Source of the DNA: Nitrospinaceae bacterium
Lineage (GTDB): Bacteria; Nitrospinota; Nitrospinia; Nitrospinales; VA-1
DNA length: 64,000 nucleotides
NCBI GenBank assembly: GCA_029261655.1
Contig: JAJDAY010000025.1
Location: forward strand, 36,390 to 100,389
Direction of reading: 5' to 3'
In this document: in pieces, positions 46,301-56,824 of the stretch
How positions within the stretch are numbered: position 1 is the stretch's first letter
Layout of the letters: each line of letters opens with the position of its first letter
The notes under the pieces: generated by a model
The model's database searches: none
What the model was told of the DNA's origin: nothing
What the model saw: only the letters and a program-made list of their open reading frames with translations
Program-made: the position numbers and the translations under genes

Positions 46301-47617
46301 TCAACCTCGACGGCTTTTCAGTCTACCTTTTTTAACAAAACCGTCATAACTTCGCATGACCAGATGCGATTCAATTTGTTGCATGGTGTCCAAAGAAACA
46401 CCCACAACAATCAAAAGGCTGGTTCCTCCGAAGTAGAACGGAATATTGAAGTACTTTATCAAATAATCAGGCAAAATGCAGACCAAAGAGAGGTAAACCC
46501 CGCCGTAAAAGGTCAATCTCGAAAGAATCATGTCTATATACTCGGAAGTCTTTGATCCTGGGCGAATTCCCGGCACGAAGCCCCCATGTTTCTTCATATT
46601 ATCGGCCACGTCCACCGGATTGAATATGACCGCTGTGTAAAAATAGCAAAAGAAAAAGATCGCACCTACAAAAATAACGCTGTACCCCGCCGTTCCCGGA
46701 GTCAACATCGCGGACACGGTCTGCATCCAGGGATGATCCACGAACTGCGCGATGGTCGCCGGAAACATGATGATGGAGGACGCAAATATCGGCGGTATGA
46801 CCCCTGACGTATTGACTTTCAAGGGCAAGTGCGTGCTCGTCCCGCCATACATTTTTCTTCCGACCACTCGCTTGGCATACTGAATGGGTATCCGCCGCTG
46901 GCCCCCTTCGGTGAAGACGATGGCGCCAATCACCACGACCATCAATACCACCAGAAACAGCATGAGCAGGACCGGTAGTTCTCCGGTGCCCATCAGGTCC
47001 AGGGACTGTAAAATCGCGGCGGGAGTTCCGGCAACAATGCCGGAAAAAATGATCAGCGATATTCCGTTGCCAATGCCTCTTTCTGTTATCTGTTCTCCCA
47101 GCCACATGAGAAACGTCGTTCCCGCAGTGAGGGTGATGATCGCCATCAACCTGAAACTCCATCCCGGATCCGGGACGATGGCCGTGCCTACGGGGCTCTT
47201 CATGGCTTCAAGCCCGATCGCGATTCCCGAACCCTGCACCGTACACAAAAGAACGGTTCCATAGCGTGTGTACTGAGTGATCTTTTTCTGCCCGGCCTCG
47301 CCTTCCTTTTTCAGTCGCGCAAGATAGGGGGAGACCATGGTCATCAACTGGATAATAATCGACGCACTGATATAGGGCATGATGCCCAGAGCGAATATCG
47401 TCAGCCGGCTGAGCGCACCGCCGGAGAACATATCGAAAAAACCGAGGATAGTGCCGCGCGCCTGCTCAAATAATTCCGCTAAAGCGGCAGAGTTGATTCC
47501 CGGCGTTGGAATGTGAGCGCCGATCCGGTAAACGATGAGAATTCCCAGCGTGAACAGAACCCGTTTTTTCAGCTCAGGAATTTTAAAGATACTTCCAAAT
47601 GCCGCCGCGCCACTCAT
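46301..47617 (-). CDS. secY: preprotein translocase subunit SecY
   Basis: 10-TM protein with an N-terminus (ELKKRVLFTLGILIVYRIG) typical of SecY. 1-nt TAATG overlap with rplO. Confidence 0.97.
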   Translation of the reverse strand: MSGAAAFGSIFKIPELKKRVLFTLGILIVYRIGAHIPTPGINSAALAELFEQARGTILGFFDMFSGGALSRLTIFALGIMPYISASIIIQLMTMVSPYLARLKKEGEAGQKKITQYTRYGTVLLCTVQGSGIAIGLEAMKSPVGTAIVPDPGWSFRLMAIITLTAGTTFLMWLGEQITERGIGNGISLIIFSGIVAGTPAAILQSLDLMGTGELPVLLMLFLVVLMVVVIGAIVFTEGGQRRIPIQYAKRVVGRKMYGGTSTHLPLKVNTSGVIPPIFASSIIMFPATIAQFVDHPWMQTVSAMLTPGTAGYSVIFVGAIFFFCYFYTAVIFNPVDVADNMKKHGGFVPGIRPGSKTSEYIDMILSRLTFYGGVYLSLVCILPDYLIKYFNIPFYFGGTSLLIVVGVSLDTMQQIESHLVMRSYDGFVKKGRLKSRRG

Positions 47618-48057
47618 TAAACGGTCACTACCTTCCCGCCGGATTTTTCAATCTTATCTTTGGCGGATTCACTGAATTTATGGGCATGCACCGTGATCGA
47701 CCGAGCCAGATCTCCATCCCCCAGCACCTTGACCGCGTTGGACTTTTTAATCAAACCATGTTCTTTCATTATTTCGGGAGTGATGGGAAAGTCTCCAGAG
47801 ATCTTTTGCAATTTCACAAGGTCCACGATTTCATATTCTTTTCTGAAAATATTGGTGAACCCTCTCTTGGGAACTCGCCGGTACAGGGGCATTTGCCCAC
47901 CTTCAAACCAGGGATGCGGCTTTCCGCCGGATCGGGATTTTTGCCCCTTCTGGCCTTTTCCACTGGTTTTCCCGGTTCCTGACCCGCGCCCACGGCCCAC
48001 CCGTTTAGGGTTTTTCCGAACACCAGGGGCTCTTTTCAAACTGGATAATTTTATCAT
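47617..48057 (-). CDS. rplO: 50S ribosomal protein L15
   Basis: KRVGRGRGSGTGKTSGKGQKGQKSRSG. Confidence 0.96.
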   Translation of the reverse strand: MIKLSSLKRAPGVRKNPKRVGRGRGSGTGKTSGKGQKGQKSRSGGKPHPWFEGGQMPLYRRVPKRGFTNIFRKEYEIVDLVKLQKISGDFPITPEIMKEHGLIKKSNAVKVLGDGDLARSITVHAHKFSESAKDKIEKSGGKVVTV

Positions 48058-48108
48058 TGGCTTTATTTAACCGTTCTTAACTGAAATTCACCTGCATTAA
48101 TCGGGACT

Positions 48109-48612
48109 TTAATTTGCCGCCTTAGCTTTAACCGATACACCACGCATTTTAGCAATATCTTTGGCATCGCGGAGACCGGACAACCCTTCGATGGTTGCTT
48201 TCACCACATTGTGCGGGTTGTTGGTACGGATACATTTGGTCAAAATATCCCGGACGCCGACGGCCTCCAAAACAGCGCGAACCGCGCCGCCCGCGATCAA
48301 CCCGGTCCCACGGGATGCAGGCTTCAGCAACACTCTGCCCGCTCCATAGGCGCCAATGACTTCATGGGGAATCGTGGACCCTTCAAGGCTGACCTGAATG
48401 AGACTTTTTTTAGCTTTTTCCACGCCCTTGCGAATGGCTTCCGGAACTTCGTTGGCTTTACCCAACCCCCAGCCCACTTCGCCTTCCCGATTACCAACCA
48501 CAACCAGAGCGCTGAAACTAAACCGGCGACCCCCCTTGACCACCTTGGCCACCCGATTGATCTTGACCACTTTATCAACGTAGTCCTGCTTGTTGTCCTG
48601 TTGTTGTGCCAA
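48109..48612 (-). CDS. rpsE: 30S ribosomal protein S5
   Basis: [31 protein letters not shown] start at 48612, 5 nt after GGAGG. The track ORF has an unsupported 19-aa N-terminal extension. Confidence 0.93.
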   Translation of the reverse strand: MAQQQDNKQDYVDKVVKINRVAKVVKGGRRFSFSALVVVGNREGEVGWGLGKANEVPEAIRKGVEKAKKSLIQVSLEGSTIPHEVIGAYGAGRVLLKPASRGTGLIAGGAVRAVLEAVGVRDILTKCIRTNNPHNVVKATIEGLSGLRDAKDIAKMRGVSVKAKAAN

Positions 48613-48681
48613 TGAAACCTCCAATATTCCGTCTGCAAATGTTTTTCCCAGACGAAAAATACCAGGCAATGCCGGGCTGGT

Positions 48682-49047
48682 TTAAAATTTGATGCCTGTC
48701 TCGCGCACTGCGTCGGCAAGGGCCTTCACCCGGCCCGTATAACGAAACCCGTTACGGTCGCAATAAACTTCCTTGATCCCCTGGCTTTTAGCCTTCTCTC
48801 CCAGCAGGCTTCCCACCACCACGGCGGCCTTGACATTGCCTCCGTTTTGCATTTTTTCCTTGAAGGCCGAAGACACACTGGATGCGGACACCAGGGTTTT
48901 CCCGGCCCGATCATCGACGATCTGCGCATAAATGTGTTTGCTGCTCCTGAAAACGGACAATCGAAGTCTTTCCTGACCCACCTGCACCTTGCGCTTGACC
49001 CGGCGTTTTCGGTTTAATCTTAAGCGTTGTCTTTCTGCGATTTTCAT
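48682..49047 (-). CDS. rplR: 50S ribosomal protein L18
   Basis: RLSVFRSSKHIYAQIVDD...DRNGFRYTGRVKALADAVRE. Confidence 0.96.
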   Translation of the reverse strand: MKIAERQRLRLNRKRRVKRKVQVGQERLRLSVFRSSKHIYAQIVDDRAGKTLVSASSVSSAFKEKMQNGGNVKAAVVVGSLLGEKAKSQGIKEVYCDRNGFRYTGRVKALADAVRETGIKF

Positions 49048-49055
49048 AAGTTAAT

Positions 49056-49607
49056 TTAACCCTTCGACCCTATAGCCGCTTTACCGGCTTTTCTGATGAT
49101 TCTTTCGGTTGCATACATGACCCCTTTGCCCTTATACGGCTCAGGAGGCCTTAAACTGCGGATTTCCGCCGCCGTCTGCCCGACTTTTTCCTTGTTCATC
49201 CCTTTCACGGCAATCGAGTTTTTTTTCGTATCCACCTCGAACTCGATCCCATCAGGCGCCTTGTATTCGATCGTATGCGAATACCCGAGGTGAAGCGTCA
49301 GATTTTTTCCCTTGAGTTCCACTTTGTAGCCCACACCCACGATGTTGAGATCTTTGGAAAACCCGTCGGTGACACCTGTGACCATATTATTAATGAGTGT
49401 TCGGGTGAGACCATGCAGGGACCGGTCCATCCGGCCATCCGTGGGCCTCAGGACACGGATCTCTCCGCCTTCAATTTCAATCTTCATGTTGGAATGCAGG
49501 TTCCGCTCAAGCTGACCCTTCGGACCCTTGACCCGAAAAGTTTCACCCTCGGATTTACAATCCACTCCTGAAGGTATTTTGATAGGTTGTTTTCCAATAC
49601 GTGACAT
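49056..49607 (-). CDS. rplF: 50S ribosomal protein L6
   Basis: MSRIGKQPIKIPSGV...GYSHTIEY...PEPYKGKGV. Confidence 0.96.
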   Translation of the reverse strand: MSRIGKQPIKIPSGVDCKSEGETFRVKGPKGQLERNLHSNMKIEIEGGEIRVLRPTDGRMDRSLHGLTRTLINNMVTGVTDGFSKDLNIVGVGYKVELKGKNLTLHLGYSHTIEYKAPDGIEFEVDTKKNSIAVKGMNKEKVGQTAAEIRSLRPPEPYKGKGVMYATERIIRKAGKAAIGSKG

Positions 49608-49617
49608 AATTATTTAT

Positions 49618-50013
49618 TTACCAGACGAAACCCAGCACTTCACCGCCAATGCCTTTTTCTTTGCATTCTCGGTCAGTGATAACGCCGGAAGAGGTGGAAA
49701 TGATCGCGGTTCCCAATCCATTCAGCACATTGGGAATTTTCTCGCGCCCGACATAGGACCGCCGACCGGGCTTGCTGATTCGCTTGATGCCGGTGATCAC
49801 GGGGTTATCGTCATGATACTTCAGATAAACCCGCAAAATTCCCTGCTTGTTGTCCTCGAAATTCCGAAAGTTCTGGATATAACCTTCATTTTTTAGAATC
49901 TCGGCGATCCGCACTTTCATACGCGAACTTGGAATATCAATTTTACCGTGCCCTACCATCAGACCGTTTCGAATACGGGTGAAAAGGTCGGCAATAGGAT
50001 CTGTCATAGACAT
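49618..50013 (-). CDS. rpsH: 30S ribosomal protein S8
   Basis: [17 protein letters not shown]. Confidence 0.96.
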   Translation of the reverse strand: MSMTDPIADLFTRIRNGLMVGHGKIDIPSSRMKVRIAEILKNEGYIQNFRNFEDNKQGILRVYLKYHDDNPVITGIKRISKPGRRSYVGREKIPNVLNGLGTAIISTSSGVITDRECKEKGIGGEVLGFVW

Positions 50014-50052
50014 GTTTTAACGCATCTCCCCAATGTTTAAAATGGATTCACT

Positions 50053-50238
50053 CTACCAGCTTGCCTTGGTCACTCCGGGAATTTCACCTCTCAGCGCCCG
50101 TTCCCTGAAACAAATTCTACACATTCCAAACTTGCGCAGAAAACCACGCGGCCGACCGCATACCCGACACCGGCTGTAATTTCGAACTTCAAACTTGGGC
50201 ACCCTTTTCGATTTTGCGATCAACGATTTCTTAGCCAT
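50053..50238 (-). CDS. rpsN: 30S ribosomal protein S14, type Z (zinc-binding, 61 aa)
   Basis: [12 protein letters not shown]...[23 protein letters not shown]. Start moved to 50238. Confidence 0.95.
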   Translation of the reverse strand: MAKKSLIAKSKRVPKFEVRNYSRCRVCGRPRGFLRKFGMCRICFRERALRGEIPGVTKASW

Positions 50239-50277
50239 AAAACCCGCCAATGATAAATGTAATACAAAAAGTGATTA

Positions 50278-50817
50278 TTATTTTCTCAACGGGAGCCCTA
50301 AATACTTGAGCAAACACCGACCCTCTTCATCCGTTTTGGCGGAAGTGCAAATGGTGACATTCATTCCCTTGACCTGATCGATTTTATCATAATTGATCTC
50401 AGGGAAAATCAATTGCTCCTTAACTCCCACCGTGTAATTCCCGCGCCCGTCGAACGCTTTCGGGGACAGCCCCTTAAAGTCACGCACTCGGGGAAGAGCG
50501 AAAGAAACGAACCGCTCGAAAAATTCATACATCCTGCGCCCCCGCATGGTAACACACACGCCTATGGGAACGCCCTCCCTCAACTTGAAATTAGAGATCG
50601 CTTTTTTCGCCTTGGTCACGACCGGCTTTTGCCCGGTGATCATTTTCAACTGTTCAACCCCGGCTTCAATCAGCTTGGCGTTCTGCAGGGCTTCACCCAG
50701 GCCCATATTAACCACAACCTTCACCAGCTTGGGAACCTGCATGACATTTCCAAGCCCAAGATCTTTTTGAATTTGCGCCTGATACTTTTCTTTATATCGC
50801 GTTTCCAAATTTGACAT
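50278..50817 (-). CDS. rplE: 50S ribosomal protein L5
   Basis: [19 protein letters not shown]...[20 protein letters not shown]. Confidence 0.96.
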   Translation of the reverse strand: MSNLETRYKEKYQAQIQKDLGLGNVMQVPKLVKVVVNMGLGEALQNAKLIEAGVEQLKMITGQKPVVTKAKKAISNFKLREGVPIGVCVTMRGRRMYEFFERFVSFALPRVRDFKGLSPKAFDGRGNYTVGVKEQLIFPEINYDKIDQVKGMNVTICTSAKTDEEGRCLLKYLGLPLRK

Positions 50818-50818
50818 A

Positions 50819-51157
50819 TCAAACCTTATCCATCACTTCATTACATTTCACGCAAACACGAACGCGCTTACCGTCTTCCAGCTTTTTGCGCTTGACGCGA
50901 ACGCCCTTGCCGCATTTATCACAATACAAGGCGACATTGGAGATATTCATTTTACCTTCACGCTCGACAATGCCTGCCTGCTGGGTTTTTCCATCGCCCT
51001 TCATATGGCGCTTGAACATATTCAGCTTTTCAACGAGGATGCGGTTTTCCTGGGGGAGCAAAGAAAGCACCTTGCCTTTTTTACCCTTTTCACGCCCGGA
51101 AATGACTTGAACAATGTCGTCTTTTTTAATTTTTGTTTTCACGGGAATTGTCTGCAT
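50819..51157 (-). CDS. rplX: 50S ribosomal protein L24
   Basis: [22 protein letters not shown] (KOW motif). Confidence 0.95.
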   Translation of the reverse strand: MQTIPVKTKIKKDDIVQVISGREKGKKGKVLSLLPQENRILVEKLNMFKRHMKGDGKTQQAGIVEREGKMNISNVALYCDKCGKGVRVKRKKLEDGKRVRVCVKCNEVMDKV

Positions 51158-51525
51158 TATAATACCTCCGGCGCCAGCGAAAGAATTTTCATGTATCGCT
51201 TGGCCCTTAGCTCACGCGCCACGGGACCGAAAATACGCGTTCCCAGGGGCTCTTTTGCGTCGTTGATCAACACCGCGGCATTGCTGTCGAATTTAATATA
51301 ACTGCCTTCCCCACGGCGCACTTCCTTGCGCGTACGAACGACAACCGCCTTTTTAACTTCGCCTTTTTTCAACGCTCCATGCGGCTCGACTTCTCTAAGA
51401 GCGACCACGATAATATCCCCAACTCTGGCGTAGCGCCTGCGAGACCCTCCAAGCACCTTGATGCACTGGACTATTTTGGCGCCCGAATTATCCGCCACTT
51501 CCAATACGGTTCTCAGCTGTATCAT
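51157..51525 (-). CDS. rplN: 50S ribosomal protein L14
   Basis: [28 protein letters not shown]. Confidence 0.97.
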   Translation of the reverse strand: MIQLRTVLEVADNSGAKIVQCIKVLGGSRRRYARVGDIIVVALREVEPHGALKKGEVKKAVVVRTRKEVRRGEGSYIKFDSNAAVLINDAKEPLGTRIFGPVARELRAKRYMKILSLAPEVL

Positions 51526-51803
51526 TTCGCTTGTCCTTGTTCCACCAGTGTCGCTCTTTTTAAAATTTCAATGAGACGCCAACGCTTTTCTTTACTCAGG
51601 GGCCGGGTTTCACACACGCTCACAAAATCGCCCGGCAGGCACTCGTTTTTTTCATCGTGAATCTTATATCTCTTGGTTGTCTTGACAACCTTTTTAAGCG
51701 TCGGATGAGCAAACTGGCGCACCACTTTGATCACCGCCGTCTTTTCCATTTTGTTACTGACAACCGTTCCTGTCAGGGTTTTCTTGTTGACCGCACTTTT
51801 CAA
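51522..51803 (-). CDS. rpsQ: 30S ribosomal protein S17
   Basis: [21 protein letters not shown]...[17 protein letters not shown] start at 51803, 6 nt after AAGGAG. The upstream TTG at 51845 used by the track has no RBS. Confidence 0.9.
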   Translation of the reverse strand: MKSAVNKKTLTGTVVSNKMEKTAVIKVVRQFAHPTLKKVVKTTKRYKIHDEKNECLPGDFVSVCETRPLSKEKRWRLIEILKRATLVEQGQAK

Positions 51804-51958
51804 AAGCTTCTCCTTGAATTCCCACAAGCTCCTAGCCAGGGGCAAAGGGCAAAATCATTTGCCTCAATAATGTGTCTGCCGGTAATAAATGCTACTGTCA
51901 AAAGGGTTTTCCCGTAACCGAACCGCTTTGCGACCAAACCGCTCTTAAAAACAGACAT
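51800..51958 (-). CDS. possible 52-codon ORF in the rpmC-rpsQ spacer, with its stop overlapping the rpsQ start (TTGA)
   Basis: Hand translation: [52 protein letters not shown]. Weak RBS, no family recognised. Confidence 0.2.
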   Translation of the reverse strand: MSVFKSGLVAKRFGYGKTLLTVAFITGRHIIEANDFALCPWLGACGNSRRSF

Positions 51959-51975
51959 TGAATGTCCATCCGTCC

Positions 51976-52194
51976 TCAGGCTTTTGACTCTTCCTTACTT
52001 TCGCCCTCAGCCGCCAATTCTTTCTGGATGGTTTTTATCCTCGCAATATCCCGGCGCATCAGCCTCAACCGTCCGGGGTTTTCAATCTTCCCCGTCGCCA
52101 ATTGAAACTTCAGGTTAAAAAACTCCTGCTGCAAATCATCTATTTTTTCCTGTCTCTCTTTATCCGAGAGCTCTCTGACTTCCGATGCTTTCAT
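51976..52194 (-). CDS. rpmC: 50S ribosomal protein L29
   Basis: [47 protein letters not shown] at 52194 (the track starts at a TTG two codons upstream). Confidence 0.93.
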   Translation of the reverse strand: MKASEVRELSDKERQEKIDDLQQEFFNLKFQLATGKIENPGRLRLMRRDIARIKTIQKELAAEGESKEESKA

Positions 52195-52227
52195 GGTCAA
52201 TCCCGCAAACGCTAAAATTATTTCCGA

Positions 52228-52632
52228 TTATTTGTTAAGAAACCGTGTCGATATCGGCAGTTTATGCGCCGCCAACCGAAAAGCCTCTTTTGCTGTTGCC
52301 TCAGGCACTCCTTCCATTTCATACAGCACCCGACCGGGTTTGATCACAGCCACCCAATACTCCGGGTTGCCCTTGCCTTTTCCCATGCGGGTTTCGGCGG
52401 GCTTTTTAGAAACCGGCTTATCTGGAAAAATCCTCAGCCAGATCTTGCCGCCGCGCTTGACATAGCGGGTCATCGCGATCCTGGCCGCCTCAATTTGCCG
52501 ATTGGTGATCCTGCCGCATTCGGAAGCCTGAAGACCAAACGAACCGAAGCTCAAGACGCCGCCACGATAAGCGGTTCCGCGCATACGGCCTTTATGCCGC
52601 TTTCTGTATTTTACCTTCTTGGGCATCAACAT
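52228..52632 (-). CDS. rplP: 50S ribosomal protein L16
   Basis: [22 protein letters not shown] at 52632, 9 nt after GGAGG. Confidence 0.95.
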   Translation of the reverse strand: MLMPKKVKYRKRHKGRMRGTAYRGGVLSFGSFGLQASECGRITNRQIEAARIAMTRYVKRGGKIWLRIFPDKPVSKKPAETRMGKGKGNPEYWVAVIKPGRVLYEMEGVPEATAKEAFRLAAHKLPISTRFLNK

Positions 52633-52707
52633 GATGCCGGCCCTCCAACGGAATACAATATTTAAATAATGAAATCCCCGCCAAAAACTCAAGCAGACAA
52701 ATCTGGA

Positions 52708-53394
52708 TTACTTTCTCGCCGACCCTGACTCGCTTTTAAAATTCACGGGACCGGTCGCGCCCTTCTCAGGAATAATATCTCCCCGGTAAACCCACACCTT
52801 CACGCCGATCACCCCAAAGGTGGTGTTGGAACGTGCGGTGCCATAGTCAATATCGGCACGCAGTGTGTGCAATGGAACCCGGCCCTGCCGATACCATTCG
52901 CTTCTGGCAATTTCAGCCCCTCCCAGTCTGCCGGACACCCGAATCTTGATTCCCTTGGCTCCGAACCTGAGGGCCGAAACCACGCTCTTTTTCATGGCCC
53001 GGCGAAACGATATTCTTTTTTCAAGTTGCAGGGCGATATTCTGGGCGACCAGAGTCGCATCGAGTTCGCCACGCCGCACTTCTTTAATATTGAGAGCGAC
53101 CTGCTTGCCGTTCATCACCCGTTGCAACTCTTCTTTCAGCTTGTCAACCTCCAGGCCTTTTTTCCCGATGATGATGCCCGGTCTCGCGGTGTGGATGTTT
53201 ATCCGCACCCGATTGGCCGATCGCTCGATCTCTACCTTGGAAATTCCCGCATGCGACAGGGAGGCCGTAATGTATTCTCTGAGCTTGATATCATTGATCA
53301 GAAAATCCGCATAGTCCTTACGGGCGTACCAACTGGAAATCCATGTTTTGTTGTACCCCAACCGAAACCCATAGGGATGAACTTTTTGACCCAC
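52708..53394 (-). CDS. rpsC: 30S ribosomal protein S3
   Basis: [20 protein letters not shown] domain. Confidence 0.97.
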   Translation of the reverse strand: MGQKVHPYGFRLGYNKTWISSWYARKDYADFLINDIKLREYITASLSHAGISKVEIERSANRVRINIHTARPGIIIGKKGLEVDKLKEELQRVMNGKQVALNIKEVRRGELDATLVAQNIALQLEKRISFRRAMKKSVVSALRFGAKGIKIRVSGRLGGAEIARSEWYRQGRVPLHTLRADIDYGTARSNTTFGVIGVKVWVYRGDIIPEKGATGPVNFKSESGSARK

Positions 53395-53427
53395 GTTATT
53401 TCTCCAAAACCAGGTTTACGCCTAAAA

Positions 53428-53763
53428 TCAATTCTCGTCTAAAATCAAAGTAATATGACTTGTTCTTTTTCTTATGATCGTCGCCATCCCGCGCGCGCGC
53501 GGCATATTTCGCTTCCAGGTCACGCCCTCGTCAACACAGACTGTTTTAACAACCAGGTCGTCAACGTCCAGAACCTTGTGGTTCTCCTCGGCATTCGCGA
53601 TCGCCGATTTAAGCAGTTTCTGAAATTCTCCCGCGACGCGTTTTTGCAGAAAAGTAAGAATATTCATCGCGTCATTTACGTTTTTCCCGCGAATCATATT
53701 TGCGACCAAACGGGCTTTTTGCGGTGTCGTTCGTGTATGTCTAAGAATGGCTCTAACTTCCAT
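53428..53763 (-). CDS. rplV: 50S ribosomal protein L22
   Basis: RTTPQKARLVANMIRGKNVNDA. Confidence 0.96.
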   Translation of the reverse strand: MEVRAILRHTRTTPQKARLVANMIRGKNVNDAMNILTFLQKRVAGEFQKLLKSAIANAEENHKVLDVDDLVVKTVCVDEGVTWKRNMPRARGMATIIRKRTSHITLILDEN

Positions 53764-53787
53764 GATTATTTATTTTTCCGTTCTGAC

Positions 53788-54069
53788 TTATTTGGTCACG
53801 GCTTTTTTGGTTTTCCCGCCATGGGTCCGAAACGTCCTGGTGGGTGAAAATTCTCCAAGCTTATGACCCACCATGTTTTCACTGATAAAAACCGGGATGA
53901 ATTTACGGCCGTTGTGAACCGCCATCGTGTGCCCGACAAAATCCGGGGTGACGGTGGACCGGCGCGACCAAGTCTTAATGATCTTCCGGTCATTCTGCTG
54001 ATTCATCTCATCCACCTTTTTTTGCAGATGTTGGTCTACAAAAGGCCCTTTTTTTAATGATCGCGCCAT
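53788..54069 (-). CDS. rpsS: 30S ribosomal protein S19
   Basis: [15 protein letters not shown]...[17 protein letters not shown]. Confidence 0.97.
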   Translation of the reverse strand: MARSLKKGPFVDQHLQKKVDEMNQQNDRKIIKTWSRRSTVTPDFVGHTMAVHNGRKFIPVFISENMVGHKLGEFSPTRTFRTHGGKTKKAVTK

Positions 54070-54096
54070 AGTTTCCTGATCCAGCCTAACGGCTCT

Positions 54097-54927
54097 TTAT
54101 TTTCTTTTTCGTTTTGATAAAATATATTTACTGGAATCTTTTTTCACTTTCCGGGTCTTCAATCCTTTGGCAATCTGCCCCCAGGGACTACAGGGATGCC
54201 TGCCGCCTGACGAACGCCCTTCGCCGCCGCCCATCGGATGATCGACCGGGTTCATCGCCACCGCCCGAACTCTGGGCCGCCTCCCCAACCATCTTGTCCT
54301 GCCCGCTTTGCCGATAGAAATATTTTCATAATCGGCGTTGCCAACAACCCCAATCGTCGCCCGGCATTTCTTTTCCACCCGGCGGACTTCCCCGGATGAA
54401 AGTTTAAGCGTTGCATACCGGCCCTCTTTCGCCATCAACTGGGTCGAGTTTCCAGCCGTTCTCGCCAACTGCCCGCCCTTACCCGGACGCAATTCCACAT
54501 TATGCACCAAAGTGCCATCGGGAATATTTGCCAGAGGGAGACAATTGCCCACACTGACTTCAGCCTCGGGCCCGGAAGTAACAACATCATCCACTTTTAA
54601 TTTAGCGGGGGAGAGTATATACCTCTTTTCTCCATCCTTATAAAATAAGAGCGCAATATTTGCGGACCGGTTGGGATCATACTCAATCGCCGCCACCCGG
54701 GCCTCGATACCGTCCTTTTGCCGCTTGAAATCAATCAGGCGATATTGCTTTCTGTGTCCGCCGCCTCTGCGCTTCGCCGTGATCCTGCCGTTGTTGTTGC
54801 GTCCGCCTTTTCGGGCAATGGAAACCAGCAGGCTTTTTTCCGGCGTGGATTTGGTGACCGCGTCAAACCCGGAAATGGTTTGAAAACGGACCCCCGCGGA
54901 ACGTGGATTTAATTTCCTGATGGGCAT
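54097..54927 (-). CDS. rplB: 50S ribosomal protein L2
   Basis: [12 protein letters not shown]...[17 protein letters not shown] at 54927 after GAGGGAG. Confidence 0.96.
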   Translation of the reverse strand: MPIRKLNPRSAGVRFQTISGFDAVTKSTPEKSLLVSIARKGGRNNNGRITAKRRGGGHRKQYRLIDFKRQKDGIEARVAAIEYDPNRSANIALLFYKDGEKRYILSPAKLKVDDVVTSGPEAEVSVGNCLPLANIPDGTLVHNVELRPGKGGQLARTAGNSTQLMAKEGRYATLKLSSGEVRRVEKKCRATIGVVGNADYENISIGKAGRTRWLGRRPRVRAVAMNPVDHPMGGGEGRSSGGRHPCSPWGQIAKGLKTRKVKKDSSKYILSKRKRK

Positions 54928-54932
54928 ACCTG

Positions 54933-55220
54933 TCAAACTCCCTCGAACATTTCGATTTTGTCACCGTCTTTCAATCGAAGCATGGCCTTTTTCCAGCCCT
55001 TCGACACACCGACGTTTCTGCCAAAGCGCTTGGTCTTGCCCTGCACATTCAGCGTGTTCACCTGCAAAACAGTGACATCAAAAATCTTTTCTATCGCCGC
55101 CTTGATCTGTATCTTATTCGCGTCCGGATGAACACGAAACGCCAGCCAGTTGCCGTCCTCCTGCAAGGCCGTACTTTTTTCAGTGATCAGGGGTTTTTGT
55201 ATAATACGAAACACGTCCAT
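54933..55220 (-). CDS. rplW: 50S ribosomal protein L23
   Basis: [12 protein letters not shown]....KIEMFEG. Position in the S10 operon. Confidence 0.95.
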   Translation of the reverse strand: MDVFRIIQKPLITEKSTALQEDGNWLAFRVHPDANKIQIKAAIEKIFDVTVLQVNTLNVQGKTKRFGRNVGVSKGWKKAMLRLKDGDKIEMFEGV

Positions 55221-55846
55221 CAGGCCAATCGCTCCTCAATTTTTTTCAGCGCCTGTGGCGTGCAAACAATTTTTTCAGCCGCCAACAGGTCATACACGTT
55301 GAGCCCGTCAACCAGAAGAACATTCACATGGGGCAAATTACGAACACCCAACTCCAGGTTAGGGTTTTTATCGGCAAGCAAAAACAGGGTTTTTGCGGGA
55401 GAACCCAAGTCATTCAACAATTGCAACGCTTCCTTGGTCTTAGGGTTCGCCAGCGCCAACTTATCAACCACCGTCAACATCTGATTCTTCACCCGGTCTG
55501 TCAATATTGACCTCAGCGCGCTCTTTCTGGATTTTTTTGACATTTTCAAACTGTAATCCCTGGGGGTCGGCCCAAACACCGTCATCCCGCCCCGCCAAAG
55601 GGGAGACCGGGAATTGCCTGCGCGGGCGCGGCCTGTCCCCTTTTGCTTCCAGGGTTTCTTCCCGCTTCCGTGCAATTCACCCTTATTACTTTTTGTCGCG
55701 GCATTGCCTCCCCGCCTGGCGGCGAGCTGGCCCACAACATACTGTTGCACCAGATGTTCGCGCACCTCGGCGTCGAACACCGAAGGGCTGGCCTCGACGG
55801 TTCCTATCTTTTTATTATTTGCGTCCAACAAATCCAACTCTGGCAT
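55220..55846 (-). CDS. rplD: 50S ribosomal protein L4
   Basis: GSGKKPWKQKGTGRARAGNSRSPLWRGG. Confidence 0.96.
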   Translation of the reverse strand: MPELDLLDANNKKIGTVEASPSVFDAEVREHLVQQYVVGQLAARRGGNAATKSNKGELHGSGKKPWKQKGTGRARAGNSRSPLWRGGMTVFGPTPRDYSLKMSKKSRKSALRSILTDRVKNQMLTVVDKLALANPKTKEALQLLNDLGSPAKTLFLLADKNPNLELGVRNLPHVNVLLVDGLNVYDLLAAEKIVCTPQALKKIEERLA

Positions 55847-55849
55847 TGA

Positions 55850-56479
55850 TCAAGCTCTTTCGGATTTAATGATTCGAACCATTCGCCCATTCGGGCCAGG
55901 TACTGCGCCCCGAACCAGAAGAACATTATTTTCCTTATCCACGCGAACCACCTTGAGGTTTTTGACATGAACCTTCACGCCCCCCATCCGGCCCGGCATC
56001 TTTTTCCCCTTCAACACGCGACCGGGATACGTGTGCATGCCGATCGAACCGCCGCCGCGAAAAATTTCCGCATGTCCATGAGACGCAGGCGCTCCGCCAA
56101 ATCCGTGCCGCTTCAGAACCCCGGCAAAACCCCGGCCCTTGGACACTCCGATCACACTGACCAGATCGCCTTCACCAAACATTTCCACGTTCAGGGGCTT
56201 CCCAAGCTCCGCCTCATCAATGGTGTGATCGCGGAACTCCGTAAGAATCCTGGCGGGAGAAACTTTATGCTTATCGTAGAATCCCTGCAAGGGCTTGTTG
56301 GTGTGCTTGGGTTTTCTCTCCCCATACGCCACCAAAACCGACTGATACCCATCTTTTTCTTCGGTTTTTTGCAGGACAGGAACGCATTTCTCCACCTGAA
56401 TCACCGTGACAGGAACACAAGCCCCCTGCTCAGAGAAAACTTGCGTCATCCCTACTTTTTTACCCAATAGTCCGTTCAT
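55850..56479 (-). CDS. rplC: 50S ribosomal protein L3
   Basis: MNGLLGKKVGMTQVF...GVSKGRGFAGVLKRHGF. Confidence 0.96.
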   Translation of the reverse strand: MNGLLGKKVGMTQVFSEQGACVPVTVIQVEKCVPVLQKTEEKDGYQSVLVAYGERKPKHTNKPLQGFYDKHKVSPARILTEFRDHTIDEAELGKPLNVEMFGEGDLVSVIGVSKGRGFAGVLKRHGFGGAPASHGHAEIFRGGGSIGMHTYPGRVLKGKKMPGRMGGVKVHVKNLKVVRVDKENNVLLVRGAVPGPNGRMVRIIKSERA

Positions 56480-56515
56480 TATTTTCCATTTTCCAGCGAA
56501 ACCCCGCCTTCAGGA

Positions 56516-56824
56516 TTAAAGCTTGATCTCGATGTCCACTCCACCGGACAAATCCAGCTTCATCAAGGCATCCACCGTTTGCGGTGTGGGTTCCAGAATT
56601 TCCAAAATTCGCTTATGCGTCCGAATCTCAAACTGCTCGCGCGATTTCTTATCGACATGCGGGGACCGCAAAACCGTCCACCGGTTCCTCACCGTTGGCA
56701 AAGGAATGGGTCCCACAAGCTTTGCGCCTGTGCGCCGAGTTGTTTCAACAATTTCACTCACCGACCAGTCCAGCAATTTATGGTCGTAAGCTTTGAGCTT
56801 TATCTTGATCTTTTGGTCGCTCAT
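56516..56824 (-). CDS. rpsJ: 30S ribosomal protein S10
   Basis: [15 protein letters not shown]...[21 protein letters not shown]. Confidence 0.97.
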   Translation of the reverse strand: MSDQKIKIKLKAYDHKLLDWSVSEIVETTRRTGAKLVGPIPLPTVRNRWTVLRSPHVDKKSREQFEIRTHKRILEILEPTPQTVDALMKLDLSGGVDIEIKL

